Assembly: GCA_965219385.1 (NCBI GenBank)
Contig: CBDCNM010000002.1
Location: 3,606,305 to 3,670,304 of the forward strand
DNA: 64,000 bases
Source: Candidatus Latescibacterota bacterium
GTDB lineage: Bacteria > Latescibacterota > UBA2968 > UBA8231
Direction of reading: 5' to 3'
Under the pieces are notes generated by a model. It searched no databases and had not been told where the DNA came from. It saw nothing but the letters and a program-made list of their open reading frames with translations. A program made the translations under genes and the position numbers. Shown one piece after another: positions 9,917 through 23,000 of the stretch (position 1 is its first letter; the number at the start of each line of letters is the position of its first letter).

Positions 9917-10303
9917 ATGGCCCTGAGATCCCTGGAGACGGATGGCGGCAGCGACACGGTAATCGGGCGGGGAACGGTATTCCGCGGCGCGCTCAATGTC
10001 GTGCACAGCATCCAGGTACACGGCATCCTGAAGGGCAGCCGACTGACCACGGAAAAAGCCCTAATCGTGGGCCCAGAAGGGGATGTAAAGGCCGAGGTGA
10101 TCGAAGTGGGGGAGGCGATCATCAGCGGCAAAGTCGCAGGCGCGATCAAGGCCAGGCGGCAGGTATATCTGGCCGCCAGCGGCGTGTTTGAAGGGCGGAT
10201 AGAAACCCCCAAACTGGTTATCGAGGTGGGCGCCGTGCTCAAAGAGAAGGCTGTTTCCCAACCATCGGAGGCCGGTGAGGAAGATACGCCATCGGCAGGG
10301 TAG
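9917..10303 (+). CDS. Bactofilin (polymer-forming cytoskeletal protein)
   Basis: TVIGRGTVFRG...LIVGPEGDVKAEV...LVIEVGAVL beta-helix pattern; directly after the M23 gene. Confidence 0.9.
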   Translation: MALRSLETDGGSDTVIGRGTVFRGALNVVHSIQVHGILKGSRLTTEKALIVGPEGDVKAEVIEVGEAIISGKVAGAIKARRQVYLAASGVFEGRIETPKLVIEVGAVLKEKAVSQPSEAGEEDTPSAG

Positions 10304-10306
10304 GCA

Positions 10307-10350
10307 AAAGAGAGCGGGTCCGCTACCAGGGTAGCGGACCCGCTCTCTTT
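10307..10350. terminator. Bidirectional intrinsic terminator
   Basis: Perfect 20-bp inverted repeat AAAGAGAGCGGGTCCGCTAC / GTAGCGGACCCGCTCTCTTT between convergent genes. Confidence 0.9.
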
Positions 10351-10373
10351 ATTGGTTCGGTCACCCGAATCCC

Positions 10374-12041
<1,668 letters not shown>

Positions 12042-12107
12042 CTAAATTAATAAAATGAAAAAATTTAAGTGATAATATTAGTGGTTTTAAGGCTGTCAAT
12101 CGGATTT

Positions 12108-12134
12108 TTAGCACTCTATCGCTTAGAGTGCCAA
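12108..12134. promoter_or_regulatory. CIRCE element (HrcA operator)
   Basis: TTAGCACTC-N9-GAGTGCCAA, one mismatch from consensus, upstream of groL. Confidence 0.93.
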
Positions 12135-12276
12135 AATTTTTATGACAAAGTTTTAATATAAATTCTTTTTCATCCTTGCGCAATAGGAAAAGTCTGGACT
12201 TTATTTTTAGTAGGCGACCGTGTTGATCTTGAGGCCGGCCCGTCAGCCAAATTCAGCTGGTCGCCTACTAGCAAAG

Positions 12277-12993
12277 ATGAAAAAAATAAGTGTAAGCGAT
12301 ATGGGCCGGACGGCCTGCGCGCAAGCCGGGACCTGGCAGAGAGCGCTGCGGGAACTGCGGCATCGAGGAGAGGTGCCGGATCTGCTATTGCTGGCGGAGC
12401 ATCCCCCTACCTACACCTGCGGCCGTTCCACCCGCCCTGGGCATCTGTTGGCCGTTGCGGATGTCCTGGCCCGCCAGGGCATTACCGTATTAGAGGTCGA
12501 ACGCGGGGGCAGCGCCACCTATCACGGACCAGGCCAGCTGGTGGGGTACCCGATCGTGGATTTGCGACTTAGAAGACGGGATGTGCATCAATATATACGG
12601 GACCTGGAAGAGGTGCTGGTGCGCACCCTGGCCGGCTTTGGTCTGGAAGCACACCCCCGGTCCGGCCTGACCGGGGTATGGTGCGGCGAACACAAGATCG
12701 CGGCCATCGGCATTCACGTGCGCCACTGGATCACCATGCACGGGTTTGCCCTGAACATCTGTCCCGACCTGGAGCACTTTAAAGGCATCCGACCATGCGG
12801 CCTTGAAGGCGGGGCCATCACCTCCATGGCGCGGCAGCTGCCGCACCCTCCTGGCTGCAAAGAAGTGGCCGGGGAGCTAAAACAGCACTTTGCCGGGGTG
12901 TTCGGCTCAGCCCTGGAGGACATCGCCTGGGATGAATTGCGGACTCTGGCAACCGGATTCGCCCTACCTGGCGGTATTGCCCGATCCAGATAA
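12277..12993 (+). CDS. lipB: Lipoyl(octanoyl) transferase
   Basis: EHPPTYT, RGGSATYHGPGQLVGYPI, KIAAIG, HGFALN and PCG motifs. Confidence 0.95.
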   Translation: MKKISVSDMGRTACAQAGTWQRALRELRHRGEVPDLLLLAEHPPTYTCGRSTRPGHLLAVADVLARQGITVLEVERGGSATYHGPGQLVGYPIVDLRLRRRDVHQYIRDLEEVLVRTLAGFGLEAHPRSGLTGVWCGEHKIAAIGIHVRHWITMHGFALNICPDLEHFKGIRPCGLEGGAITSMARQLPHPPGCKEVAGELKQHFAGVFGSALEDIAWDELRTLATGFALPGGIARSR

Positions 12994-13049
12994 AACCCAT
13001 ATAGTAGCTACTGATTTAGTTCCCAATTTTGGTCTCCCAAGGAGGATCT

Positions 13050-14306
<1,257 letters not shown>

Positions 14307-14314
14307 GGGCTACC

Positions 14315-14779
14315 ATGGCCGGCAAATTGACCCATGTCGACGAGGATGGTCGCCTTAAGATGGTGGATGTCTCCGCCAAACAGCAGACCCGGCGCCAGGC
14401 CCGGGTGCGAGGGGAGATCCTCATGCAGCCCGAGACCGTGCAGTTGATCCTGAAGAACAGAATGGCCAAGGGCAATGTGCTGGAGGCGGCCCGCCTGGCC
14501 GGAATTATGGCAGCCAAGCGCACCGGTGAGTTGATTCCCCTGTGCCACCCGCTCAACCTCACGGCCGTGGAGGTAGACTTCGAGGTAGGCGAGGATCGCA
14601 TCCAGGTCGAGACCCAGGCGCGGATAATAGATCGCACCGGGGTGGAGATGGAGGCTATGACCGCGGCGACAGTGGCCCTTTTGACCATATACGATATGTG
14701 CAAGGCCGTGGACCGGGGCATGGTGATTTCCAAGGTGCGCCTGATGGAAAAGAAGAGCGGGACGTATTGGAGGACATAA
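14315..14779 (+). CDS. moaC: Cyclic pyranopterin monophosphate synthase MoaC
   Basis: LTHVDEDG..MVDVSAK, LIPLCHP, TGVEMEA and YDMCKAVD motifs. Confidence 0.95.
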   Translation: MAGKLTHVDEDGRLKMVDVSAKQQTRRQARVRGEILMQPETVQLILKNRMAKGNVLEAARLAGIMAAKRTGELIPLCHPLNLTAVEVDFEVGEDRIQVETQARIIDRTGVEMEAMTAATVALLTIYDMCKAVDRGMVISKVRLMEKKSGTYWRT

Positions 14780-14858
14780 GCGCGGGCTGGCCATCTTTTT
14801 TTCTGGCTTCCCGGGGCACTTTCTGGGCCGTGGCTACGGAGAGCAGCTCATGTCCGGT

Positions 14859-15776
14859 TCAGGAAAGCCTGCCCGCCAGCTTCAAGATCACGGCTTTCTG
14901 GCTGTGCAGCCGGTTCTCGGCCTGGTCGAATATGATTGAACGGGGATCGTGGAGCAACTCGCCGTCGATTTCGTAGCCGCGGTGGGCCGGCAGGCAGTGC
15001 ATGATGTGGAGGTCCAGCCCCCGCAGGAGATCCTTGTTGAGCTGATAGGGTTTGAAGAGCTGGATGCGGCGCTCTTTCTCTACGGCAAAGGCCGGATCCG
15101 TGAAGTACTCCATATCGATCCAGGCATCGGTGTAAACCACATCGCTGTTTTCCAGGGACTGCCGCAAATCCTCTGACCTTTCGCACAGACCGGCCTGTTG
15201 CGCTTCCTCGTACAGGGGTTCGTCCACGGCGGCCGGATTGACCTCCGGGGCGACCACCACGACCTTCATCCCCACCTTCATACCAGCGGCGATCAGCGAG
15301 TTGCAGACATTGTTGTGCACCCCCACATAGGTCAGCCTGACGCCTTCCAGACGGCCCATCTTTTCCTGGACGGTCATCAAATCGGCCAGGGCCTGCATGG
15401 GATGGTAGCGGTCGCAGCACCCATTCATCACCGGGACGCGCGAGGTCTGGGTAGCGCGCATCACATCGGCGTTTTTCAAGAGGCGGACCAGGATGAAATC
15501 AGCGTAGAGAGACAGTACGTGGATCTCGTCGCCCAGATCGGCCAGGCCGAAGTTGGTGACGTCCCAGTCCAGGTACACGGCGTGGCCGCCCAGTTGGATC
15601 ATGCCAATTTCGCCGGTGTAACGGGTGCGCGTGGAGGTCTTCTGGAAGAGCAGGGCCAGATTGCGGCCTTTCATGACGCCGGCGTGGCGGTCCGGGTCTG
15701 CCTTGAGACCCAGGCTGCCCTCGACGACCTGTGTGACTTCCTCGACGGACCAGTCTTTGAGGGTGGTCAGATGCAT
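14859..15776 (-). CDS. argF: Ornithine carbamoyltransferase (variant)
   Basis: STRT, HPMQALAD, HCLP and DQAENRLH motifs. Confidence 0.85.
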   Translation of the reverse strand: MHLTTLKDWSVEEVTQVVEGSLGLKADPDRHAGVMKGRNLALLFQKTSTRTRYTGEIGMIQLGGHAVYLDWDVTNFGLADLGDEIHVLSLYADFILVRLLKNADVMRATQTSRVPVMNGCCDRYHPMQALADLMTVQEKMGRLEGVRLTYVGVHNNVCNSLIAAGMKVGMKVVVVAPEVNPAAVDEPLYEEAQQAGLCERSEDLRQSLENSDVVYTDAWIDMEYFTDPAFAVEKERRIQLFKPYQLNKDLLRGLDLHIMHCLPAHRGYEIDGELLHDPRSIIFDQAENRLHSQKAVILKLAGRLS

Positions 15777-15791
15777 CTCGGAATCTCACTT

Positions 15792-16766
15792 TTAATCCAG
15801 GTGTTTGCGGACTTCGTCCAGCAGTTCCTGCCTGACCTGCTCGGCGGCACCTCGCCGGCGGCAACCCGAGGCCTTGGCATGGCCGCCGCCGCCGAATTTA
15901 GCTGCGATGAGGCTGACGTCCACCCGATCGCGGGAGCGCAGGCTGATGCGGTAAAATTCCGGCTCCTGCTCCTTGAGCAGCAGCGTCACCTCCACCCCTT
16001 TGACCAGGAGGCCGTAATTCACCACCTCTTCGACATCGCCGTTGCGCATGTCTTCGCAGCCGAGATGGAGGCTGGTCACCCGGTCGTCGCAGTGCAGTTC
16101 GAGTGAATCGATTCCTTTGCCGATCAACTTGACCGACTCGAAGCTTTTGTTGCCAAAGAGCTGGTCGGCGATATAATCCAGTCTGGCGCCTGAGCGCACC
16201 AGATCGGCGGCTACCTCGAAGGTAGTGGAGGTAGTCAGCGAGAAGCGAAAACCACCGGTGTCGAAAAGGATGCCCACGTAGAGCTGGGCGGCCACGACTG
16301 CATCGATCTGGAGGCCGGCGTCGACGGCCAGGTGGTAGACCAGTTCGCAGGACGAACTGAAATCCGAGGATACCAGATTGGTGGTGCCGAAGAACCGGTC
16401 GTCCTTGTGATGGTCAATGTTGAGAATCTGGGTGTTTTCGTCCAGATAGTTCTGGACATCGCCGATGCGCTCCAGGCCGGGACAGTCCAGGACAATGGTA
16501 TAGCGCGCCTTGACAGAAGGAGGTTCCTCGGGCCGCTGGATATCTTCCCAACCCTCGAGAAAGTCATAGGCCTCGGGGATATCGTGGAGAATGACAGCGG
16601 CGTTTTTGCCCATGTGCTGGAGCATTCTTTGCAGCGCCAGGCATCCGCCTACCCCGTCCCCATCGCTGTTGATGTGGGAAGTCACGAGGAAATCGTCTCC
16701 CTGCTCGAGGAATTTCCTGGCTTCGCTCAAGCCCGGCAAGTGTATTGTTGGGTCCGGTGAGGACAT
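15792..16766 (-). CDS. nrnA: DHH/DHHA1 phosphoesterase (NrnA-like)
   Basis: HINSDGD, IDHH, DTGGF and GGGGHAKASG motifs. Confidence 0.9.
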   Translation of the reverse strand: MSSPDPTIHLPGLSEARKFLEQGDDFLVTSHINSDGDGVGGCLALQRMLQHMGKNAAVILHDIPEAYDFLEGWEDIQRPEEPPSVKARYTIVLDCPGLERIGDVQNYLDENTQILNIDHHKDDRFFGTTNLVSSDFSSSCELVYHLAVDAGLQIDAVVAAQLYVGILFDTGGFRFSLTTSTTFEVAADLVRSGARLDYIADQLFGNKSFESVKLIGKGIDSLELHCDDRVTSLHLGCEDMRNGDVEEVVNYGLLVKGVEVTLLLKEQEPEFYRISLRSRDRVDVSLIAAKFGGGGHAKASGCRRRGAAEQVRQELLDEVRKHLD

Positions 16767-16784
16767 ATCAGCGATGATCCCTGG

Positions 16785-17555
16785 TCACAGGTCTTCGCGG
16801 TCGGAGCGTCGCAGCACGAAGTGGATGCGATGCGAGCGCGCTGATCCCTTATTAAAAGTGAAGCCATCGAACGCATCGAGCAATTCAAAAGGACTGGCCT
16901 CGATGTGGGCGATGAGGTCTTTCCACCTGTAAATATGCTGGGTATGGGTCTCTTCGAGTATTTCCTTCCGGGCATCGAATTGAATCAGAAAGTGGTTGTA
17001 CTGCAAACGCCTTTCTCTGTCGTAATAGCTGTGGCGTTTGTACGAAAAGCCCGGACCTTTGCCGTTATCTATCGCGTCGTGGAAGTAGCGCAGCGAGTTG
17101 CGCTCAGTACACACATCAAAGATAAATAAACTCTCTGGCAGCAAAATGCGAAAGACTTCCTCGAGGCCTTTTTTGAAATCCTCGGGTGTGAGCAGGTAGT
17201 TGAAACTATCGTACAGACACACGGCTCCATCAAATGGCCCCAGGCCATCCACCCTGGAGAGCCGGCGTAGATCGCCCTCGAAAAACCGGATGGAGGTTGC
17301 TTTTTCTCTGGCCGTCTGGATCATGGAAGTCGAGATATCCGTACCGGAGACCGAATAGCCCAGTTTGCTCAGTTCCACGGTTGCATTGCCGGTACCGCAG
17401 GCCAGGTCCACCAGGTTTTGGGGGCGGCACGCGAACCGCTGAAAGAGGGCGTGAATGTACTGCGCCCAGTGGTCGTAGTCCACGTGCTGCATGACGTGGT
17501 CGTAAATTTCGGCCAGGGCTTCGTAGGGCACTTGTCTTACGGTGTCGACGGACAA
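16785..17555 (-). CDS. Class I SAM-dependent methyltransferase (start uncertain)
   Basis: YEALAEIYD..VDYDHW, DLACGTG and CLYDSFNYL motifs. Confidence 0.88.
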   Translation of the reverse strand: MSVDTVRQVPYEALAEIYDHVMQHVDYDHWAQYIHALFQRFACRPQNLVDLACGTGNATVELSKLGYSVSGTDISTSMIQTAREKATSIRFFEGDLRRLSRVDGLGPFDGAVCLYDSFNYLLTPEDFKKGLEEVFRILLPESLFIFDVCTERNSLRYFHDAIDNGKGPGFSYKRHSYYDRERRLQYNHFLIQFDARKEILEETHTQHIYRWKDLIAHIEASPFELLDAFDGFTFNKGSARSHRIHFVLRRSDREDL

Positions 17556-17578
17556 ACCAGCAACTCTTGAGAAGGCTT

Positions 17579-17863
17579 CTAAAAGCTGAGATCCTCGGCC
17601 GGATCGCGGTGCTCCTGGCGCAGGATTCGGACGTAGCGATTGCGCTGTTTTTTGGACGGAGGACGCAAGGGAATGTCCACCACCTCGGCCTCCAGGTAGT
17701 GCGTCTCGGTATCTATGGTGATGACCTCGCCCGCCCTGACTTGCCGTCCGGGTTTGGCCGGCTTGCCGTCGACGTGCACACACTCCTCGTCGCAGGCGCG
17801 CTTGGCCTGGCTGCGCTGCTTGATCAGCCCTGTATGCTGCAAAAAAAGGTCGAGTCGGCTCAT
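17579..17863 (-). CDS. S4-domain RNA-binding protein (Hsp15/RqcP-like)
   Basis: MSRLDLFLQHTGLIKQRSQAKRAC..VDGKPAKPGRQV; start overlaps the upstream stop. Confidence 0.88.
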   Translation of the reverse strand: MSRLDLFLQHTGLIKQRSQAKRACDEECVHVDGKPAKPGRQVRAGEVITIDTETHYLEAEVVDIPLRPPSKKQRNRYVRILRQEHRDPAEDLSF

Positions 17864-19152
17864 CAGTGGGTACCGCTTTCGTCGGTGCGTCTGTCCACGT
17901 GGATCTCCTCCTTGTAGTCGGCGATGAGCTGGCGCATGCTTTCGGCCAACCGCATTTCGCGTATCAATCCTTCCAGGGTAGCGTGGTCGTCGTTGATTTT
18001 GATAATGTGGCCGTCGTCCTCCAGAAAGAATGGTTCGCTGATCCCTCCCAGCTTGAGGTGGTTCAGGTAGGGCTGCAGGAAGAGGGGAATCTGGTCCTTG
18101 GGAAATTGGTTCCACAAGCCTCCCGAACGGGCGCTGGGATCTTCTGAATAGGCCCTGGCCAACTCTGCAAAGTCTCCGCCCGCCAGGGCGCGCTGGCGCA
18201 GCTCTTCCAGCTGGCTCCTGATCCGCTCTTTGTCCTGCTGGCTGCTCGGGGCCCGGATGAGGATATGGCTGGCGCAGAGTTCGTCTTCGCGCTTTTCGTG
18301 GAGCTGAATCAGGTGGTAGCCATGTTTGGTCAGCACGGGTTGGCTGATCTCGCCGGTTTTGAGCCGAAAGGCCTCCGACTCGAATTCGGGCATAAGCATA
18401 CCGGCCTCGAAACACCCCAGGTCGCCCCCGTCGGCGACCGTGGCCGGATCTTCCGAGTAGGTGCGGGCCAAGTCGGCGAAGACTTCGCCGGCTTCAAGTT
18501 TTTGCTGGACCACCTGGATTTTCTTGCGAACCTCGCCCAGAACGGCCGAATCCGGCTTTACCTTGATGTTGATCTGACTGAGAAAAACCATGGCGGGCAG
18601 GGTGTCGCTGTGGGCCTGGCGAAAGGTCTCTACATCCTTGTGGGTGATATGGAGCCGATAGGCTATCACCTGGCGCATCTGCTCAAAGAGCAGGCCGTGG
18701 CGGATGTCCTTGCGGGAGCGGGCCTTGAGCTGGCGTTCGGTGAGGCCGACGCGTTCGAGCATGTCGCGGTAATCCTGCTCTCCTTCGCTGTTCTTTACCT
18801 GGTTGAAGCGCTCGTTGAGGATTTCCTCGACCCGGCTTCCCTCGATCTGTATACTGTCCTTTTTGGCCTTGAGGATCAGCACCTGCTCGTCAATCATGGC
18901 ATCGAGCGCCTGCTGGCGCAGTTTGTCCAGCTCCTCTTCGGAGAGCCGGAAGTTGCGACCCGACTGCCTGAGTTCGAGTTCCACCCGGAGGTTCAGCTCG
19001 GACCAGAGAATGACCTCGTCGTCTACCACGGCGACGATCCGGTCGACGAGTTGGGAACGGGTCTCTGCAAAGACGGTGCATACACAAAGGACAAAGAGGA
19101 TGATGGATAGCATGCGGCACATTCTGGATCCGAATTTTTCAGTAGACTTCAT
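17863..19152 (-). CDS. surA: SurA-like parvulin peptidyl-prolyl isomerase
   Basis: Signal peptide, VDRIVAVVDDEVIL, two FADLARxYSED parvulin units. Confidence 0.85.
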   Translation of the reverse strand: MKSTEKFGSRMCRMLSIILFVLCVCTVFAETRSQLVDRIVAVVDDEVILWSELNLRVELELRQSGRNFRLSEEELDKLRQQALDAMIDEQVLILKAKKDSIQIEGSRVEEILNERFNQVKNSEGEQDYRDMLERVGLTERQLKARSRKDIRHGLLFEQMRQVIAYRLHITHKDVETFRQAHSDTLPAMVFLSQINIKVKPDSAVLGEVRKKIQVVQQKLEAGEVFADLARTYSEDPATVADGGDLGCFEAGMLMPEFESEAFRLKTGEISQPVLTKHGYHLIQLHEKREDELCASHILIRAPSSQQDKERIRSQLEELRQRALAGGDFAELARAYSEDPSARSGGLWNQFPKDQIPLFLQPYLNHLKLGGISEPFFLEDDGHIIKINDDHATLEGLIREMRLAESMRQLIADYKEEIHVDRRTDESGTH

Positions 19153-20022
19153 TCAGGGCAATTCCTCTGACGCCCGATCGTGAATGGCCCATTCACGGGC
19201 GGCTTTCAAACGGGTGATCAAGTCCTCCAGGCGCTGCTGATGCTCCTGGCGTACCAGGGTCTCGACGATCTGCGACCTGGCCTGGTCCAGTTCCTTTGGA
19301 GTGCCGGCTTCCCGGCGGTCCAGCACTTGAATGATGTGGTATCCGCTTTCGCTGCGGATGGGTTTTGACAGGCTGTTCAGCTTCAGGTCCTGGCACAACT
19401 CCCACAGGAGGGGATCGTCCTCTTCTGAAAAGTATTCCAGATCCCCGCCCGATAAACGGGTATCCTGATCCTGGGAGTGCTGCCGGGCCTGATTCTCGAA
19501 GGAATCGCCGCGCTGCAAGGCTCGAAGTCTGGCATTGGCATCGCTCGGGGTCCTGAGCAAAATGTGTCGCGCCCGCACCTGGGGCTGGAGGAACAGGAAC
19601 TCGTCCCGATGCTGTTCGTAGTATTGCTGGATCGAGGATTCGGAGATTTTTACCTCCCGGCCTTCAAATTCGGTGTCGAGCAGGTCGGCCACCAGCAAAC
19701 CGCGGCGGGTTTGTTCGAGCAGCTGCTGCAGATGCGCTCTCTGGTCCAGCCGGCGGGCCAGAGCCTCCTGATAGAGGAGCTCTTCCCGGACCCAGGTTTC
19801 GATTGTGTGGGCGCGCTCCGCGGCCGCCAGGTCGCCGTCCAGATCGTCCGGCAAGCGGGCCTCCAGCTCGGCCGCGGTCAGCACGGCATCGCCGACCCGG
19901 GCCACTATGGGCCCCTGGTCCTCGTGGCGGTCGCAGGCCGCCAGCAGGATGGCGGCGAGCAAAACCAGCAGCACCCAGCGCAAATTTGCCCCTTTGTTCA
20001 TGTGGTCGGCAATTCCGTTCAA
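19153..20022 (-). CDS. Parvulin PPIase lipoprotein (PrsA-like)
   Basis: LAAC lipobox; VRARHIL, GGDL and GYHII motifs. Confidence 0.85.
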   Translation of the reverse strand: MNGIADHMNKGANLRWVLLVLLAAILLAACDRHEDQGPIVARVGDAVLTAAELEARLPDDLDGDLAAAERAHTIETWVREELLYQEALARRLDQRAHLQQLLEQTRRGLLVADLLDTEFEGREVKISESSIQQYYEQHRDEFLFLQPQVRARHILLRTPSDANARLRALQRGDSFENQARQHSQDQDTRLSGGDLEYFSEEDDPLLWELCQDLKLNSLSKPIRSESGYHIIQVLDRREAGTPKELDQARSQIVETLVRQEHQQRLEDLITRLKAAREWAIHDRASEELP

Positions 20023-23000
20023 AGAATCTCCCGAAAGACGTCCCTGGCTCTCTCCAGGCGTTCCTGTTCATCCCGGCCCTTTAAGCGGACCTCGATGGCG
20101 AGGCGCTCGTCCAAGGTGAATTCCAGCTGGTTCGAGCTTTTTTCCACCATTCTCTGCACATCGGGCCCCTGGAGTTCGCGGTCTTCCGGAAAGACCAGCC
20201 GCAAACGGGACCTCTCCAGGTGTACGGCGTCCAGGCCCAGCTGGCGGGCCATTACCTTAATTTCCATCAGGTACATCAGGGCCTGGGCATGCATGGGCAG
20301 ACGGCCGCAGCGGTCCACCATCTCTTCCTGGATGCTCAACAGGTCCACGATCTTCTGGGCATCGGCCAGACGCTGGTAGAATTCCATTTTCTGATTGCTG
20401 TCGGGGACGTAGTCGTCGGGGATATAGGCCGAGATCGAAATCTTGATATCCGGCTCGACGACCTGGCCCACGGTTTCGCCCTTCAACTCGCGCATGGCCT
20501 CGTCGAGCAGGCGGCAGTAAAGATCGAAACCCACGGCGGCAACGAAGCCGTGTTGCTGGGGTCCCAGAAGGTTGCCGGCGCCGCGAATTTCCATGTCCCG
20601 CATGGCGATGTTGAAGCCGGATCCCAGATCGGAGAATTCTTCGATGGCGCGCAGGCGCATACGGCTTTTCTTGGTGAGCTTCTTACCCTTGGGCACCAGC
20701 AGATAGGCAAAGGCGCGTTCGTTCGAGCGTCCGACCCGACCGCGTATCTGATAGAGCTGACCAAGGCCCAGGGCATCGGCCCGGTTGACCAGGATGGTGT
20801 TTACCGAGGGGATGTCGATACCCGACTCGATGATCATGGTACAGACCAGACAATCGTAGTTTCGTTCCAGGAATTCGAACATGATCTTTTCCAGCTGCCG
20901 GGCCGGCATCTGGCCGTGGGCCGTGCCGAAGCGCACCTGCGGCAGCAGTTCCCGGAGGTACTCGGTCAGCCGGTGGATGGATTGCACCCGGTTGTGCACA
21001 AAGTAGACCTGGCCGCCGCGCTCGACTTCCCGGAGAATGGCTTCGGCGATGCGATCCTGGTCGAAGGCGATGATCTCGGTGTGGATGGGCAGGCGGTCCT
21101 GGGGCGGGGTATTGATCACCGACATGTCGCGGCCCCCCATCAGCGACATGTGCAGGGTCCGCGGAATGGGGGTGGCCGTCAGAGTAAGCACGTCCACCAG
21201 GCGCTTGAGTTGTTTGAGCTTTTCCTTGTGGCGCACCCCCAAACGCTGCTCCTCGTCCACGACCAGCAGGCCCAGATCGCGGAAGACCATGTCCTTGGAG
21301 AGGATGCGGTGGGTGCCGATGGCGATGTCGACCTTGCCGCTTTTGATATCCTCCAGGATCGTCTTCTGCTCCTTGGCGGTGCGGAAACGGCTGAGAACCT
21401 CCACCCGTACGGGGGCGTGTTTCAGGCGCTCGGAAAAGGTCTGGTAGTGCTGTGCGGCCAGGATGGTCGTCGGCACCAGCACAGCCACCTGTTTGTGATC
21501 GCAGACAACTTTGTAAGCCGCGCGCACGGCGATTTCGGTCTTGCCGTAGCCCACGTCGCCGCAGACCAGACGGTCCATGGCATGCGGCGCCTCCATATCC
21601 TGCTTGACCTCCTCCATGGTGCGCAGCTGGTCCGGGGTCTCCTGAAAGGGAAAGGCCGCTTCCACCTCTTTGTGCATGGGACCGTCCGGGGAAAACTGGA
21701 CCCCGGGGCGAGCCTTGCGTTCGGCGTAGAGTTGGATCAGCTCGCTGGCCATTTTGAAGATTTCCTCCCGGGTGCGCTCCTTGAGCTTTTCCCAGGCCGT
21801 ACCGCCCAGCTTGCTGAGGAGGGGGCTTTCGCCCTCGGCGCTGGAGTACTTGCGCAGCCGATCCAGCTGTTCCACCGGGACGAAGAGCTTGTCTTTTCCC
21901 TGGTAGACGACTTCCAGGCAGTCGTGGTCGCGACCGCTGATTTGCAGACGGCGAATCCCCATATAACGTCCGATGCCGTGGTCCACATGGACCACGAAAT
22001 TGCCGTGCTGCAGGCTGTTGAAGGTGGAGATCGGGGTGGCGGCGCGGAACTTGCGGTAGCGGTAGCGCCGTTTCTCCCGGCTGAAGATTTCGTGGTCGTT
22101 GAACAGCGCGATCCTGGCCTCGGGAAAGATGAACCCCTGGTGCAGGGCCCCCAGGCCAAAGGAGACCTGGTCCAGCCGGTCTTCGAAAAGTTCCTGCAGG
22201 CGGCTGTTCTGACCCTGGGTATCGCAGTGCATGTGGATGGCGTAGGAATCCTGGTGCAGGCGGTCTATCTCCGCGTACAGGCGGGGTAGTTCCCCCTGAA
22301 AGATCGGCGGCGCCAAAGCCCCAAAGTGGACGGCGGTGGTCGCCTCCCCCACCGGAGCGGGCTGGAGGCGAGGGTGGACTTCCAGCCGGGCCTGGAGCCA
22401 GGCGGGCTCGCGCATGAGTTGTGCGGGCGACGGGAGCTTGCCGCGGGTTGCCCGGCGGGCGTACTCAGCATTGGGGCGCTCGAGGGCTTTTTCGAGTTCG
22501 CCCGTCACATCCTCGGCCTCGTCGCAGAATAGCAAGGGCTCTTCGAGATAGGCGCACAAACCGTCGTTGCCGCCGTAGAGCAGGCTCATGAAACTCTCGA
22601 TGCCCTCCAGGGAGGTGCCTAGTTCCAGCTGGTCTTTGAGTTCCTGGAGGTCCATTTCCTCCCCCTCTTCCGCCTTCTTGATGAATTGCAGGTACTCCTC
22701 GTAGAACAGCGACTCCAGGAGGACTTCGCAGGCCGGCAGGATCACGGCCTCCTGGCAGGTCTGGAGCGAACGCTGGGTGCCGACGTCGAAGTGCCGGATG
22801 GATTCTACTTCGTCGTCGAAGAACTCCAGGCGAAAGGGGTGTTCGACCCCGAAGGGATAGACATCGAGGATGCCGCCGCGCACACTGAACTGACCCACCC
22901 CGTCGATGGTGGGGACGCGTTCAAAGCCGCAGTCCACCAAATGGGCGCTGAGCCGATCCAGGGAGTGTTCCTCGCCCGTTTTTACCTGCAGGGTTCCCAG

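Noticed and set aside
20220..22289. 689-aa plus-strand ORF
   Set aside because: Antisense shadow of mfd
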